From Candidatus Sericytochromatia bacterium (GTDB lineage Bacteria; Cyanobacteriota; Sericytochromatia; S15B-MN24; JAQBPE01): 64,000 bases of DNA. The stretch's first letter is position 1. Each line of letters begins with the position of its first letter. The stretch covers positions 158,353-222,352 of the forward strand of contig JBBAPZ010000004.1 in assembly GCA_040400605.1 (NCBI GenBank), written 5' to 3'. Below the pieces are notes generated by a model, which was not told where the DNA came from, ran no database searches, and saw nothing but the letters and a program-made list of their open reading frames with translations. This document shows, piece after piece, positions 28,639 through 37,765 of this stretch. A program made the translations under genes and the position numbers.

Positions 28639-29800
28639 ACCGTTGATAGTGATGGGCCGGATTCGGGCATTACCCGTATCTGCAACATATATGGCACCGG
28701 AGGTATCGACAGCCACGCCAACAGGGTCTATCATACCGCGCCGCCGTTCCAGAATCATCAACATAACCCGGAGCCAAACCGGCTAAGGTGCTAACACGAC
28801 CCTCGGGCGTGATTTTTCTGATTCGGTGGTTGTCAGTGTCAGTCAAATCGTTGTTGCCGTCGTTGTCCAACGCCAATTTTGTAGGGGAGTTAAACTGAGC
28901 CATGGCGCCGATATCGTCTGCATCACCTTCGACAGCCCCAGCGACTGTCGTTACCTCGACAGAGGGAAGAGGTTGTGACGCAGTCGCGTTGGGCAATACA
29001 CTTTGGGATAGCTGCGCAGATTTTGAGCGATCGCTTCCATACCTTCCGATACCTTGGACACGTCATCAGCCAACAACTTCAGATCTTTCTCGAGTTGCCG
29101 TTCGTTTAAACGATTAACGGGCATCATCAGGTGTCAATGCTCGCGCAACGTCCACTACCAGTTGTTGATAAGCGGATTCGTTCAAACGCCCCCAAAGACC
29201 CTGAGCCGTTTGCTTCAATTGCGTCAGCGCAAGCGTGCGCGCATCGGACACCGTCGTATCGGTCTCCGATGCTGCCAATACCGAAACCTGAATTTTTCCT
29301 TTGGCCGTTAGTCGCGATGCAACAACTGTATGGGTCAGTCCGACAGGACCCTCCTGTGATGCGATAGCGTCCGGATGCATCCGTATTAACAGGCTTGATG
29401 GCCTCAAATACTTTTCCTGAAGCACAATCGGCATACCAGCCAATGGTTGCTCTTCAAAAGGCTGTGCGACATCGCTCGCCTGTAACAATGCGCTTCCTAT
29501 CGCGTTCCTATCTTGGAATCCACACGCGTTATCTGTAATCAGTCTACTCGCGTTGTTGGCAGTCAAGGCACCCCCAGTCTGAGTCACCAAACTGCTTTGC
29601 AGGAGCACGTGATCTTTCAGCGTCATCACTGGTAAGCGTTTCGGATCTGTATTGAATGTCGGCCGTGCAACAAGTCCTTCGTTATCAGTTACAACAGAAC
29701 CGAGCGGTGAGGTACCCACGCACGCTGGAAGTGCCAACAAAGCAACCGTAATCAGCCAATGATAGCAACGGTTTGACCTCACTATCGGCACACCGCACAC
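28624..29800 (-). pseudogene. disrupted lipoprotein with C-terminal NHL repeats
   Basis: N-part has a lipobox-like LALPAC and stops at 29114, with further in-frame stops after it. 28996-28720 encodes NHL repeats (AQFNSPTKLALD...DNHRIRKITPEGRVSTLAG). After a frameshift near 28720 it continues PVGVAVDTSGAIYVADTGNARIR...*. Confidence 0.75.
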
Positions 29801-30018
29801 CCTCCCATGACGAGCATCACGGTCATCAGTTACTCCGTGGAATCGATGACAAAACGGGGGTCAATTTCAACGTTCAGGCTAACCTACTGCGCGGGCATTA
29901 TGACCCCAAAGGTGCCTTGCAAGCGTGTCACCGGCCGCTGCGCAACTAAAACATCCCTCGAATGTACGTGGTTATTTTCGACGGCTTTGTTACGCTGGGT
30001 GGCATGGGGGGGCGTAAG

Positions 30019-31155
30019 ATGAATGGTACGTGGCGTGTGGGGCGGGTGATGGGCATTCCCATCGAGATTGCGCCGTCGTGGTTGATTATCGCCTTTTTGC
30101 TGAGCAGCGGCTTAGCGCTGGAAGTGTTCCCGGCGTGGCAGGCCGATCTCGCCGGTTACCCCGCCTGGATCTGTGGCGTTGCAACCAGTTTGGTTTTTTT
30201 TGCGTGCCTGCTCGGTCACGAGTTGGCCCACGCATGGGTAGCCAAGCGTTTTGGCCAACCTGTCAGGCGTATCACGCTGTTCATTTTTGGCGGCGTGGCG
30301 GAAGCCAGCCAAGAGATGCGCTCACCGCGTGAAGAATTATGCATCGCGATTGCTGGGCCTGCGAGCAGCCTTGGTTTTGCCTTGGTGTTTTTTGTGCTTG
30401 CCATCCTGGCGCATCAACTGGCTGGTCCGCCGGCGTTAGGTGCTGTCTTGGATTGGCTCGCACTCATCAATACGTCTTTGGCAGTGTTTAATCTCGTGCC
30501 GGGATTTCCCCTTGATGGGGGGCGCGTGTTACGCGCAATCCTGTGGGCGCGCACTGGGGATCTGGAATGGTCCACGCGTGTGGCGGCGACTGGTGGTGAA
30601 TGGTTTGGCTGGGGGTTGATCTTTCTGGGCTTGACGCGTTTGTTTGCGGGGTCGATCATCACGGGTGTGTGGCTGATGATGATCGGATGGCTGATTGGAC
30701 AATGCGCCCGCGGCGTCCAACTGGACCAAGGGATCAAAAAAGCGTTGTCCGGGCTAAAGGTCAAGGACCTGATGAGCACGCCCGTGATGGTCCTGGGTGC
30801 CCACACGCGTTTGCAAGAAGCCATCGAAAGTCATTTTTTGAAGCGTCCTTATGGCAGTTACCCTGTGGTGGATGGCGCCCGTGTCGTCGGTATCCTGGAC
30901 CGGGCGCAGGTTCGTGCGCTGAGTCCTGAACAATGGCGTGTGCTTGAGGCGGTTGATGTGATGCAGCCCATCGATGGCGCCGAACGCCTGACGCCAGACC
31001 AATCCGCTGCTGATGCGATGACACGATTTGACAATGTGGGCGCCAGTCGCCTGCCAGTAATGCAAAACAATGAACTGGTCGGTTATCTGAGCCTCAACGA
31101 TATCGCCCGTCAGGTGATGTGGCTGGATCGCAGCGCCCGCGTCCAAAAAAATTGA
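30019..31155 (+). CDS. site-2 protease (peptidase M50) with tandem CBS domains
   Basis: HELAH, FIFGGVA, IAIAGP, NLVPGFPLDGGR, then CBS segments (VKDLMS, YPVVD, LPVM). Start placed at ATG 30019. Confidence 0.95.
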   Translation: MNGTWRVGRVMGIPIEIAPSWLIIAFLLSSGLALEVFPAWQADLAGYPAWICGVATSLVFFACLLGHELAHAWVAKRFGQPVRRITLFIFGGVAEASQEMRSPREELCIAIAGPASSLGFALVFFVLAILAHQLAGPPALGAVLDWLALINTSLAVFNLVPGFPLDGGRVLRAILWARTGDLEWSTRVAATGGEWFGWGLIFLGLTRLFAGSIITGVWLMMIGWLIGQCARGVQLDQGIKKALSGLKVKDLMSTPVMVLGAHTRLQEAIESHFLKRPYGSYPVVDGARVVGILDRAQVRALSPEQWRVLEAVDVMQPIDGAERLTPDQSAADAMTRFDNVGASRLPVMQNNELVGYLSLNDIARQVMWLDRSARVQKN

Positions 31156-31439
31156 TACGATACCCCATCCAGAAATCTGCCTGGTCCGTGGCAATGGCAA
31201 AAATGCCACACGAAGTGACTTGGTAACGGGAGGGTCTTCATCAACCACCAAAGACATTTCCAGCAATGGGATGGTTTCAACGGGCATCTGTCGGATTCGC
31301 TGATGATTCGTCGCAACAATACAGGTTGTAGCAGTTGGAATCGGACTTGTTACCCTTGCGCCTGGCGTCTGAGCAGCGAATCTGATCGTTTCTTCCAACG
31401 ACGTTTGAGCGCTGACCGATGGGGGTAATTTGTTCCTTG

Positions 31440-31637
31440 ATGAGTGCGCGTGATGAACAACGAAAGCGGTGGGGTGATACCATCGAATCGAATCCGGAGG
31501 ATTCAGACGATGGCTCGGTGTTCAAGTCGGACATTGAGGATGATTATCATTGCCCCAACTGTGCATATCTGACCAATCCTGGCAATCCAGGGACCGGTTT
31601 TTGGGCGTGTCAGAATCGTTGTATCCGAACGCTGTAA
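31440..31637 (+). CDS. small acidic protein with possible Zn ribbon
   Basis: 65 aa, acidic N-half, then HCPNC...WACQNRC. Confidence 0.45.
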   Translation: MSARDEQRKRWGDTIESNPEDSDDGSVFKSDIEDDYHCPNCAYLTNPGNPGTGFWACQNRCIRTL

Positions 31638-31708
31638 CGCGCACGGCGTTTGTCTTGCGTTCAAGGTGCCAGAAACGGTTTTGCGCAGTTGGGGCAAGGT
31701 TGACCGGC

Positions 31709-32776
31709 TTAGGGTTTGCCGCCTTTGTCAGTGTCTTCCGGGAGGTTAAATTCGGTTTGCACCTGAATGGTGCCGCCCGAGAAGGCTTCGAACACTTCCG
31801 TGTCGGTGTGGAAGATGGCTTTGCTTGCGGTGAGCCAGTCGCCGCTTGCTTGCTGAATGCGAACCTGGTCGGTCATGGTGATGATGTTGTTCGCATCTGA
31901 GAAGACTGCTTTTCGGCTGGTTGCGACCTTGCCTTTTTGTTCGACCCGAACGACTTTGCCGGTCGCGACCGCGTCGTTGGTGCGTTGATTGATGACCATG
32001 CGATCAGCCGTGATGACGGCTTGTTCCCGCAAGGCTTCATCACGAGTGTCATCTGGCGGATCATTTTTGACGATATCTTCATCAATCAACCACTGGCCAT
32101 CCATCTGTAGCAACTTGACATTGCCATCCAGCGTGATCGTATCCGCTGCCTGATTCAAAAAGGCTTGGTCGCCATACACCTTTTTCTTGTCATTCACCAC
32201 AACGACCTGATCACGGAACAGCGCATCTTTTTTCTCGGTCCAGTATTCCAGGTGCTCAGCCGTAATCAACGTGTCAACCTTTTTAACGGCCGCCTGAACT
32301 TTGTCCTTGCTGGCAGAGCCATTCGACTTCGCTTTGGGATCCTTCGAACGCAAAAATCGCACCTTACCATCCGCGAGTAAACGTTTTTCACGATGAAAAT
32401 TAACCATGCGCTGTGACCACAGTTGCGACTTGGGCTCGGATTTTTTTTGTTGAACCAAATGTACCGGTTGATTCATGTAAGAAACCTTTTTGGCCTGATC
32501 GAACTGTAACTCACTGGTTAAAATGCGTGTGTGCGACTGTAGAATCTCGACGTTGCCATTGGCCAGCGCCAGCTTGGCTTTGCGATCGTACTTCATATAA
32601 TCCGCACGAATCTGCAAACGTTCTTTCGTGCCGCCGCCAGCTTTTGTCGCAGCAGGCGGTTTGGGCGGAGGAGGCACGACAGGTGCCGCACTCGCGATGT
32701 CAACGAGCGATACCAGCATCGCCATAAGACTGGTTAAAGTGCCGTACGCGACACGATAGGCGAAACCGCTCATCAT
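31709..32776 (-). CDS. LptA/OstA-family protein with several beta-jellyroll repeats
   Basis: Signal peptide, then repeated IRADYMKYD/ITAEHLEY/ITADRMVI...GNV-like segments. Coupled to lptC. Confidence 0.8.
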   Translation of the reverse strand: MMSGFAYRVAYGTLTSLMAMLVSLVDIASAAPVVPPPPKPPAATKAGGGTKERLQIRADYMKYDRKAKLALANGNVEILQSHTRILTSELQFDQAKKVSYMNQPVHLVQQKKSEPKSQLWSQRMVNFHREKRLLADGKVRFLRSKDPKAKSNGSASKDKVQAAVKKVDTLITAEHLEYWTEKKDALFRDQVVVVNDKKKVYGDQAFLNQAADTITLDGNVKLLQMDGQWLIDEDIVKNDPPDDTRDEALREQAVITADRMVINQRTNDAVATGKVVRVEQKGKVATSRKAVFSDANNIITMTDQVRIQQASGDWLTASKAIFHTDTEVFEAFSGGTIQVQTEFNLPEDTDKGGKP

Positions 32777-33402
32777 AGCCGATCCCCTTCCTCCAGATCG
32801 GTAGAGACGTGTACGTGGCCCTTCAGTTCAAAAACCTCCGCTTCCGTGTTGGCTTCAATCGCGTCAGCACGAATGCGCGTCTTGTCGTTAGTGACAATCA
32901 ATGTCTTTTGCGGCATCATCAAACGCTTTTCACGACTCTGGTATTCAAGCCGCGCCGTGGTGATGCGATCGCGATCATCCGTCACGATCACCACATTGCC
33001 TTCCATCGTCAAGCCTTCCGTGACGGTGTCATAGGTGGCTTTGTCGGACTCCCAATCAACGGTACGACGGGTCTCTGAGTTGTCGGGTTGTTCAGACTTC
33101 CAGTCCTTCAAGTTGAAGAAACGGCCCTTCGGCCGCGACTCAAAATAGGTAAAACGGCTATCTTGACTCAGTTTCACAGTTTTGCTTTCAATGGTCCAGC
33201 GCTTATGCCCCTTTTCGCGACCCTGCATAACGACATCCGCAAACTGAATGTCAATGTTTTGGGTTAACTGTACTGTTGGTGGCAAAATGGCATCGGGTGT
33301 TCCGGGCGGGCGACGGGAAATCGTATACCACGTGACGACACAGACGACGACCAGCAGCAGATAAATGGGCCAGGCACCCACACGCGGAAAGCGCAAATTC
33401 AT
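32773..33402 (-). CDS. lptC: LPS export periplasmic protein LptC
   Basis: N-terminal TM, WTIES, MEGNVVI, ITTARLEY, LKGHVHV. Lies between lnt and the lptA-like gene. Confidence 0.75.
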   Translation of the reverse strand: MNLRFPRVGAWPIYLLLVVVCVVTWYTISRRPPGTPDAILPPTVQLTQNIDIQFADVVMQGREKGHKRWTIESKTVKLSQDSRFTYFESRPKGRFFNLKDWKSEQPDNSETRRTVDWESDKATYDTVTEGLTMEGNVVIVTDDRDRITTARLEYQSREKRLMMPQKTLIVTNDKTRIRADAIEANTEAEVFELKGHVHVSTDLEEGDRL

Positions 33403-34985
33403 GGCCCCGATTCACCCCGCTTCTGCGTCCGCCATCCTTGCAATAGCAACAGCATCAATAATCCGAGGCATATCGGAGACAACCAGTCTCCCCACAGCAC
33501 AAAAAGACTGTGACTGCTCATCTTGGCTACTCGCCCATTCAAAACCACTTCCTGGTACAGAGGGGTTGCCGCCAGCACTCGACCGTGGGCATCAATGATG
33601 CTACTAATGCCGGTGGTTGCTGCGCGACAAATCCAGCGGCGATTTTCAATTGCCCGCAACACCGCATGGGCATTCAACACGCGCGGTGCAACGGTGTCTT
33701 TGTACCACGCGTCGTTGGTGACGAGAACGATCAACTCGGCGCCAGCGCGCACCGCGGGGCGAATCGCATCCGGGAAAATGCCGTCGTAGCAAACCCCGGA
33801 GCCAACCTTGGCAAAAGGAAACTCAAACACCTTTGGTGCAACACCGGGGTAAAAATCAAGCCCGACGATGTTCATTTGCATCAAAAAATTTGGCATCCAT
33901 TGTCTAAATGGCACATACTCCCCATAAGGAACCAAATGCCGTTTGTAATCGAATCCCATCAGACGGCCGCCGTCGTCGATCGCCGCCACGGCATTGAACA
34001 GTTTGATGTTCGGCTGTCGCCCTTCCCAATCCATCGTGCCAAACATCATCGACCGCTGCGTGTCGCGTGCCCTGTTTTCAAGACGGGCCAGCGTTGACGG
34101 CTCATTGCGCAGATAAGTCGGAACTGCCGTCTCTGGCCAAATGGTCAATCCTGGGCCGAGGGCTGATTGACTCAAGCGTTCATAGCGTTCCAACGCGCGG
34201 GTAATGCGTTCCGGCCCTTGCAGCCACTTTTCAGAACCCGCCAGGTTGCCCTGCACAAGCTGCACATCAATGGTTGCCGCGGGCAAGGGTTGCATCAGAC
34301 GCCAGGCACCATAACCAAGGTTGAGCATCGCGAGTGCGGAAGCGATCCATAACGGACGACTGCGCCATAGTTCTTTGCCATGCGTATGAATCGCCAATGC
34401 CAGCGCCGCGTTGAAACCCACCAGCAAGCCAGCGAACGGGAAGGGGCCAACGAGGTCCAGGATTTGAACCGGCAGCAGCCACCGGGTCTGTGTGAGGGCA
34501 AGGTTGCTCCAGGTAAAACCGAAGGGGCCAAGGCTGATCAACCATTCAAACACCACCCACGCCAGTGCGAGCATCAGCACCGTCACACCATCCCGTTTCG
34601 GCCGGACTTTAAAATAAACCCCAATCACCAACCCAACACCCAATAACTGCAACAGCATCAACGCCGTGGCGCCGGCGTACGCAAACGTTACTACACCCAG
34701 GCTGGACAACTCCGAAAAGCCTAGCCAGGTTAACGGATGCATCGCCATAAACCAGTACAGCAAGGTGAGAAAAAACCCTGCTCCCATCCATGCGAACCGT
34801 GCGCAAACCCCGCGGATGGTTCGTACTGGCCACAGTGCGTAGAAAAAAGGCACCCAGGCAACCCACGCGAGAATCGTCCAATCGAAGCCAGGAAAAGATA
34901 GCGCCATCACAACGCCGCTCACCATCACCACGAGGTTTTGAATTCTTGAATCGAGCGGGTTGACCGGAAACGCCAGGCGTGACAT
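33399..34985 (-). CDS. lnt: apolipoprotein N-acyltransferase
   Basis: VQGN, WPETA, YKRHLVPYGEY, CYDGIF, TNDAWY, RAIEN, TGIS. Confidence 0.95.
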   Translation of the reverse strand: MSRLAFPVNPLDSRIQNLVVMVSGVVMALSFPGFDWTILAWVAWVPFFYALWPVRTIRGVCARFAWMGAGFFLTLLYWFMAMHPLTWLGFSELSSLGVVTFAYAGATALMLLQLLGVGLVIGVYFKVRPKRDGVTVLMLALAWVVFEWLISLGPFGFTWSNLALTQTRWLLPVQILDLVGPFPFAGLLVGFNAALALAIHTHGKELWRSRPLWIASALAMLNLGYGAWRLMQPLPAATIDVQLVQGNLAGSEKWLQGPERITRALERYERLSQSALGPGLTIWPETAVPTYLRNEPSTLARLENRARDTQRSMMFGTMDWEGRQPNIKLFNAVAAIDDGGRLMGFDYKRHLVPYGEYVPFRQWMPNFLMQMNIVGLDFYPGVAPKVFEFPFAKVGSGVCYDGIFPDAIRPAVRAGAELIVLVTNDAWYKDTVAPRVLNAHAVLRAIENRRWICRAATTGISSIIDAHGRVLAATPLYQEVVLNGRVAKMSSHSLFVLWGDWLSPICLGLLMLLLLQGWRTQKRGESGP

Positions 34986-35183
34986 CGCTTTGGTGACGTC
35001 CTTACAGTATCGTTGGTCGCATCAAGCGGGTGTTGGCCTGTGTCAGCTACCGGGTTCGGTTACGGACAAAGGGCACAAGGACCCGTGGTTGCGCCGGAAA
35101 TAACGGGCTTTATTGTATCACAAAGGGGTCTTTGACCCGCGGGTTAATCGGCACGGTTTGAATGGGCATGTTAGGATGACAAT

Positions 35184-36263
35184 GTGCGTTTGACCATCCT
35201 TGATCGCTACATACTCACGGAATTGATTGGCCCGTTTATGATCGGGGTCTCCGGTTTCTTGGTGATGTTTACCCCCATCATCTTGATACCCCTCGCGGAC
35301 CTCATCATCCGCGCTGGTGCGTCTGTGAGCGATGCTGCGCAACTGTTGTTCTACAATTACCCATACCTGATGGTACTGGCGCTGCCAGTGGCCTTTTTGT
35401 TCGCCACCTTGCTCACAATCGGGCGGATGACCAAGGACTTTGAAATCATCGCCATGCGGTCGGCCGGCATGAGCCTGAAACGCATTGTGGCGCCCATCTT
35501 GCTTACCTCGCTCGTGCTATGCGCAGCGGCCTATTATCTTAACGAAACGGTTGTGCCCTATGCCAACAAACAAATCAACCTGACCGTGCAACGGATGACC
35601 AAATCCCTCGCCAGGCCGCCGATCAAGGAACACACATTTTTCCAGGGAACAGACGGTCGCTATTTTTACATCCGCGATGTCAAACCCAATGGTGTCATGA
35701 GTGGCGTATTTGTTTTTGACAAGACGCGTGAAGGATTGCCACAGGTGATTCATGCTGAGCGGGCACGTTGGATTGACAAGGTTTGGCGTTTCGAGTTCGG
35801 GACCCATTATCGTTATAACCGCGACGGCTTCATCGAGACGGAGGTGGCTTTCAAGACGATGGATATCCTGATTACGTTGAATGCCAACGAGATGATGCCC
35901 GCCGGACTGAACGCACAGGAAATGTCATCCAAGCAATTGGCTAGCCAGATCAAGGATTTGCGTAAAAGCGGCGCGGCCACGAACCAGGTGGAGGTGCAGT
36001 ATTACAAGAAGTGGGCCGTGTCTTTGATCAGCTTCTTCGCGGCCTTGCTTGCAGCGCCTCTTGGACTGATGTTCTCGCGGATGGGTGCTTACGTCGGAGT
36101 CGCTTTTTCCATCATTCTGGTGTTTGTCCATTACGTGACCATGCAAGTTACAGAAGCGATGGGTAACTATGGCAAGATTCCGCCATTTTTTGGTGCCTGG
36201 AGCAGCAACCTCATCTTTTTGGTCATCGGCGGTTTCCTGGTATGGCGACTGGATCGACGCTGA
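35184..36263 (+). CDS. LptF/LptG-family LPS export permease
   Basis: ILDRYIL, LPVAFLFATL...EIIAMRSAGMSL, periplasmic beta domain and 3 C-terminal TM segments. Confidence 0.92.
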   Translation: MRLTILDRYILTELIGPFMIGVSGFLVMFTPIILIPLADLIIRAGASVSDAAQLLFYNYPYLMVLALPVAFLFATLLTIGRMTKDFEIIAMRSAGMSLKRIVAPILLTSLVLCAAAYYLNETVVPYANKQINLTVQRMTKSLARPPIKEHTFFQGTDGRYFYIRDVKPNGVMSGVFVFDKTREGLPQVIHAERARWIDKVWRFEFGTHYRYNRDGFIETEVAFKTMDILITLNANEMMPAGLNAQEMSSKQLASQIKDLRKSGAATNQVEVQYYKKWAVSLISFFAALLAAPLGLMFSRMGAYVGVAFSIILVFVHYVTMQVTEAMGNYGKIPPFFGAWSSNLIFLVIGGFLVWRLDRR

Positions 36264-36508
36264 ATCTTGGAGGCTTTCTTTGCCATCTGATACCTCGGCG
36301 GAGATGGGCCAGCCAATCAACGCGTCGTCAAACGCCGGTTCATCGGACAAATCGAGGTTATTCAAGGTATGAGCGAAGACCATCGATCACAACCGCGTGA
36401 CAGCACGCGACAGCTATGTTTGACGGTCTTGGCGTTACGGTGGGTTGCGTATTGCAAGCACAAACAGGCGATAGGGCAGGTGACCCCACTGCTTGGCCAT
36501 TCAATCGC

Positions 36509-37765
36509 TTACGGTGTGATGATTTCACCCGTGGATGTCACGCTGCCATTTTTGATGGTCCAGATTTGGTAGTTACCGGAACTGACGTCACCACGTTCGT
36601 CGAAGTCGATGTTGCCCGCATAGCCATCGTAGTTGACGGTTTCTCCTGCGCGGAGAAGGCGCAAACCCTCAGCGATCGCTTCGGGACGAATGCGGGTGCC
36701 CGCGGGGCCCGATACCTCGCGCAATTTCATGCGGATGGCGTCGCGATCCGTGCTTTTCGCCGCCTCGATGGCCAGCGCGAACAACATCGTGGCATCGAAC
36801 GCCGCGGCTGCGCGAAAATTCGGTTGTTTGTTGAAACGCGCACGGTAGGTTTCAATGAATGCCGGATCGATTGCAGGTGCGGTGCCTTCTTTCCCTTCCA
36901 GCACGCGTGCGTCACCCACATTGTCCACCAACGACTGACTGTTCAGTCCATCCGAAAACAGCCAGGGAAGATCCAACCGGATACCCCCAAGCTGCCAATC
37001 GTTAATGATGCCGCTCCCTTCACCGGGATAACCAACCAAGACGACGGCATCCGGTTGAGCGGCCAAGGCCTGCGTCACAAAACTTTTGTAGGTGCTGTTA
37101 GGATTCGCGGCCTCCGGATAGGCAATCAAGTTGGCACTTGCCCCCGCGTTTTTTTCAAAGTTTTCTTTCAAGGTTCGCGACAGCCCATTGCCATACGTGC
37201 TGTCGACGTGAATGACGGCCAACTTTCGATAACCCTTTTTAAAGGCACGCGCCGCAAGCACCTTGCCTTGGAGCGCATCATTCGGAACCGTCCGAAAAAA
37301 ATAACCCTTTGAATCAACCTGCGTCGGATCCGTGAGCTCGGGCGCTGTCGCCGAGGGTGACATAAACACAATTTGATTGACGGCAGCCTGGTTCAGGATC
37401 ACCTCGCGGGAAATGCTGCTGGAATTGGGGCCAACGACTGCCACAACACCGGCGCCAAGCAACTTGTCACTCACCCGAACAGCCCCGGTTTTATCGGATT
37501 GGTCATCCGCGACAACAGGGTCCAATTGGCGCCCCAAAATGCCACCCGCCGCCTTGATGCGCGCAAGCGCGAGTTCCACACCCTCCAAGGTTGCCTGACC
37601 GGCACCCGTGCCAGAAAATGACGATAACACCCCCAGCTTGATGGCGTTGCTCGTTGTGGTCAAACGATTCGTCGGTTGCACAAAGGCACACGCACCCAGC
37701 AACGCCAAAGCAAGCGTCAAGCCCAAGGCTCGACAAGCTGTGGTGGCAGTTGAATCAAAATACAT
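36509..37765 (-). CDS. LivJ-type (branched-chain amino acid family) substrate-binding lipoprotein
   Basis: Lipobox LLGAC, AGGILGR, DDQS, GPNSS, SPSAT, FFRTVPND, YGNGL, FDERGD. Confidence 0.92.
   Translation of the reverse strand: MYFDSTATTACRALGLTLALALLGACAFVQPTNRLTTTSNAIKLGVLSSFSGTGAGQATLEGVELALARIKAAGGILGRQLDPVVADDQSDKTGAVRVSDKLLGAGVVAVVGPNSSSISREVILNQAAVNQIVFMSPSATAPELTDPTQVDSKGYFFRTVPNDALQGKVLAARAFKKGYRKLAVIHVDSTYGNGLSRTLKENFEKNAGASANLIAYPEAANPNSTYKSFVTQALAAQPDAVVLVGYPGEGSGIINDWQLGGIRLDLPWLFSDGLNSQSLVDNVGDARVLEGKEGTAPAIDPAFIETYRARFNKQPNFRAAAAFDATMLFALAIEAAKSTDRDAIRMKLREVSGPAGTRIRPEAIAEGLRLLRAGETVNYDGYAGNIDFDERGDVSSGNYQIWTIKNGSVTSTGEIITP

Noticed and set aside
28376..28786. 136-aa plus-strand ORF
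   Set aside because: Antisense to the NHL pseudogene and runs through repeat copy C.
20563..29800. Calling the region a mobile element or prophage
   Set aside because: No integrase, transposase, phage gene, tRNA target or exact terminal repeat was seen, and composition resembles the flanks.
30754..31398. 214-aa minus-strand ORF
   Set aside because: Mostly antisense to the S2P-CBS gene, with no motif.
35925..36383. 152-aa minus-strand ORF
   Set aside because: Largely antisense to the lptF/G gene, with no support.
36416..37312. 298-aa plus-strand ORF
   Set aside because: Antisense shadow of the substrate-binding protein gene, with no motifs.
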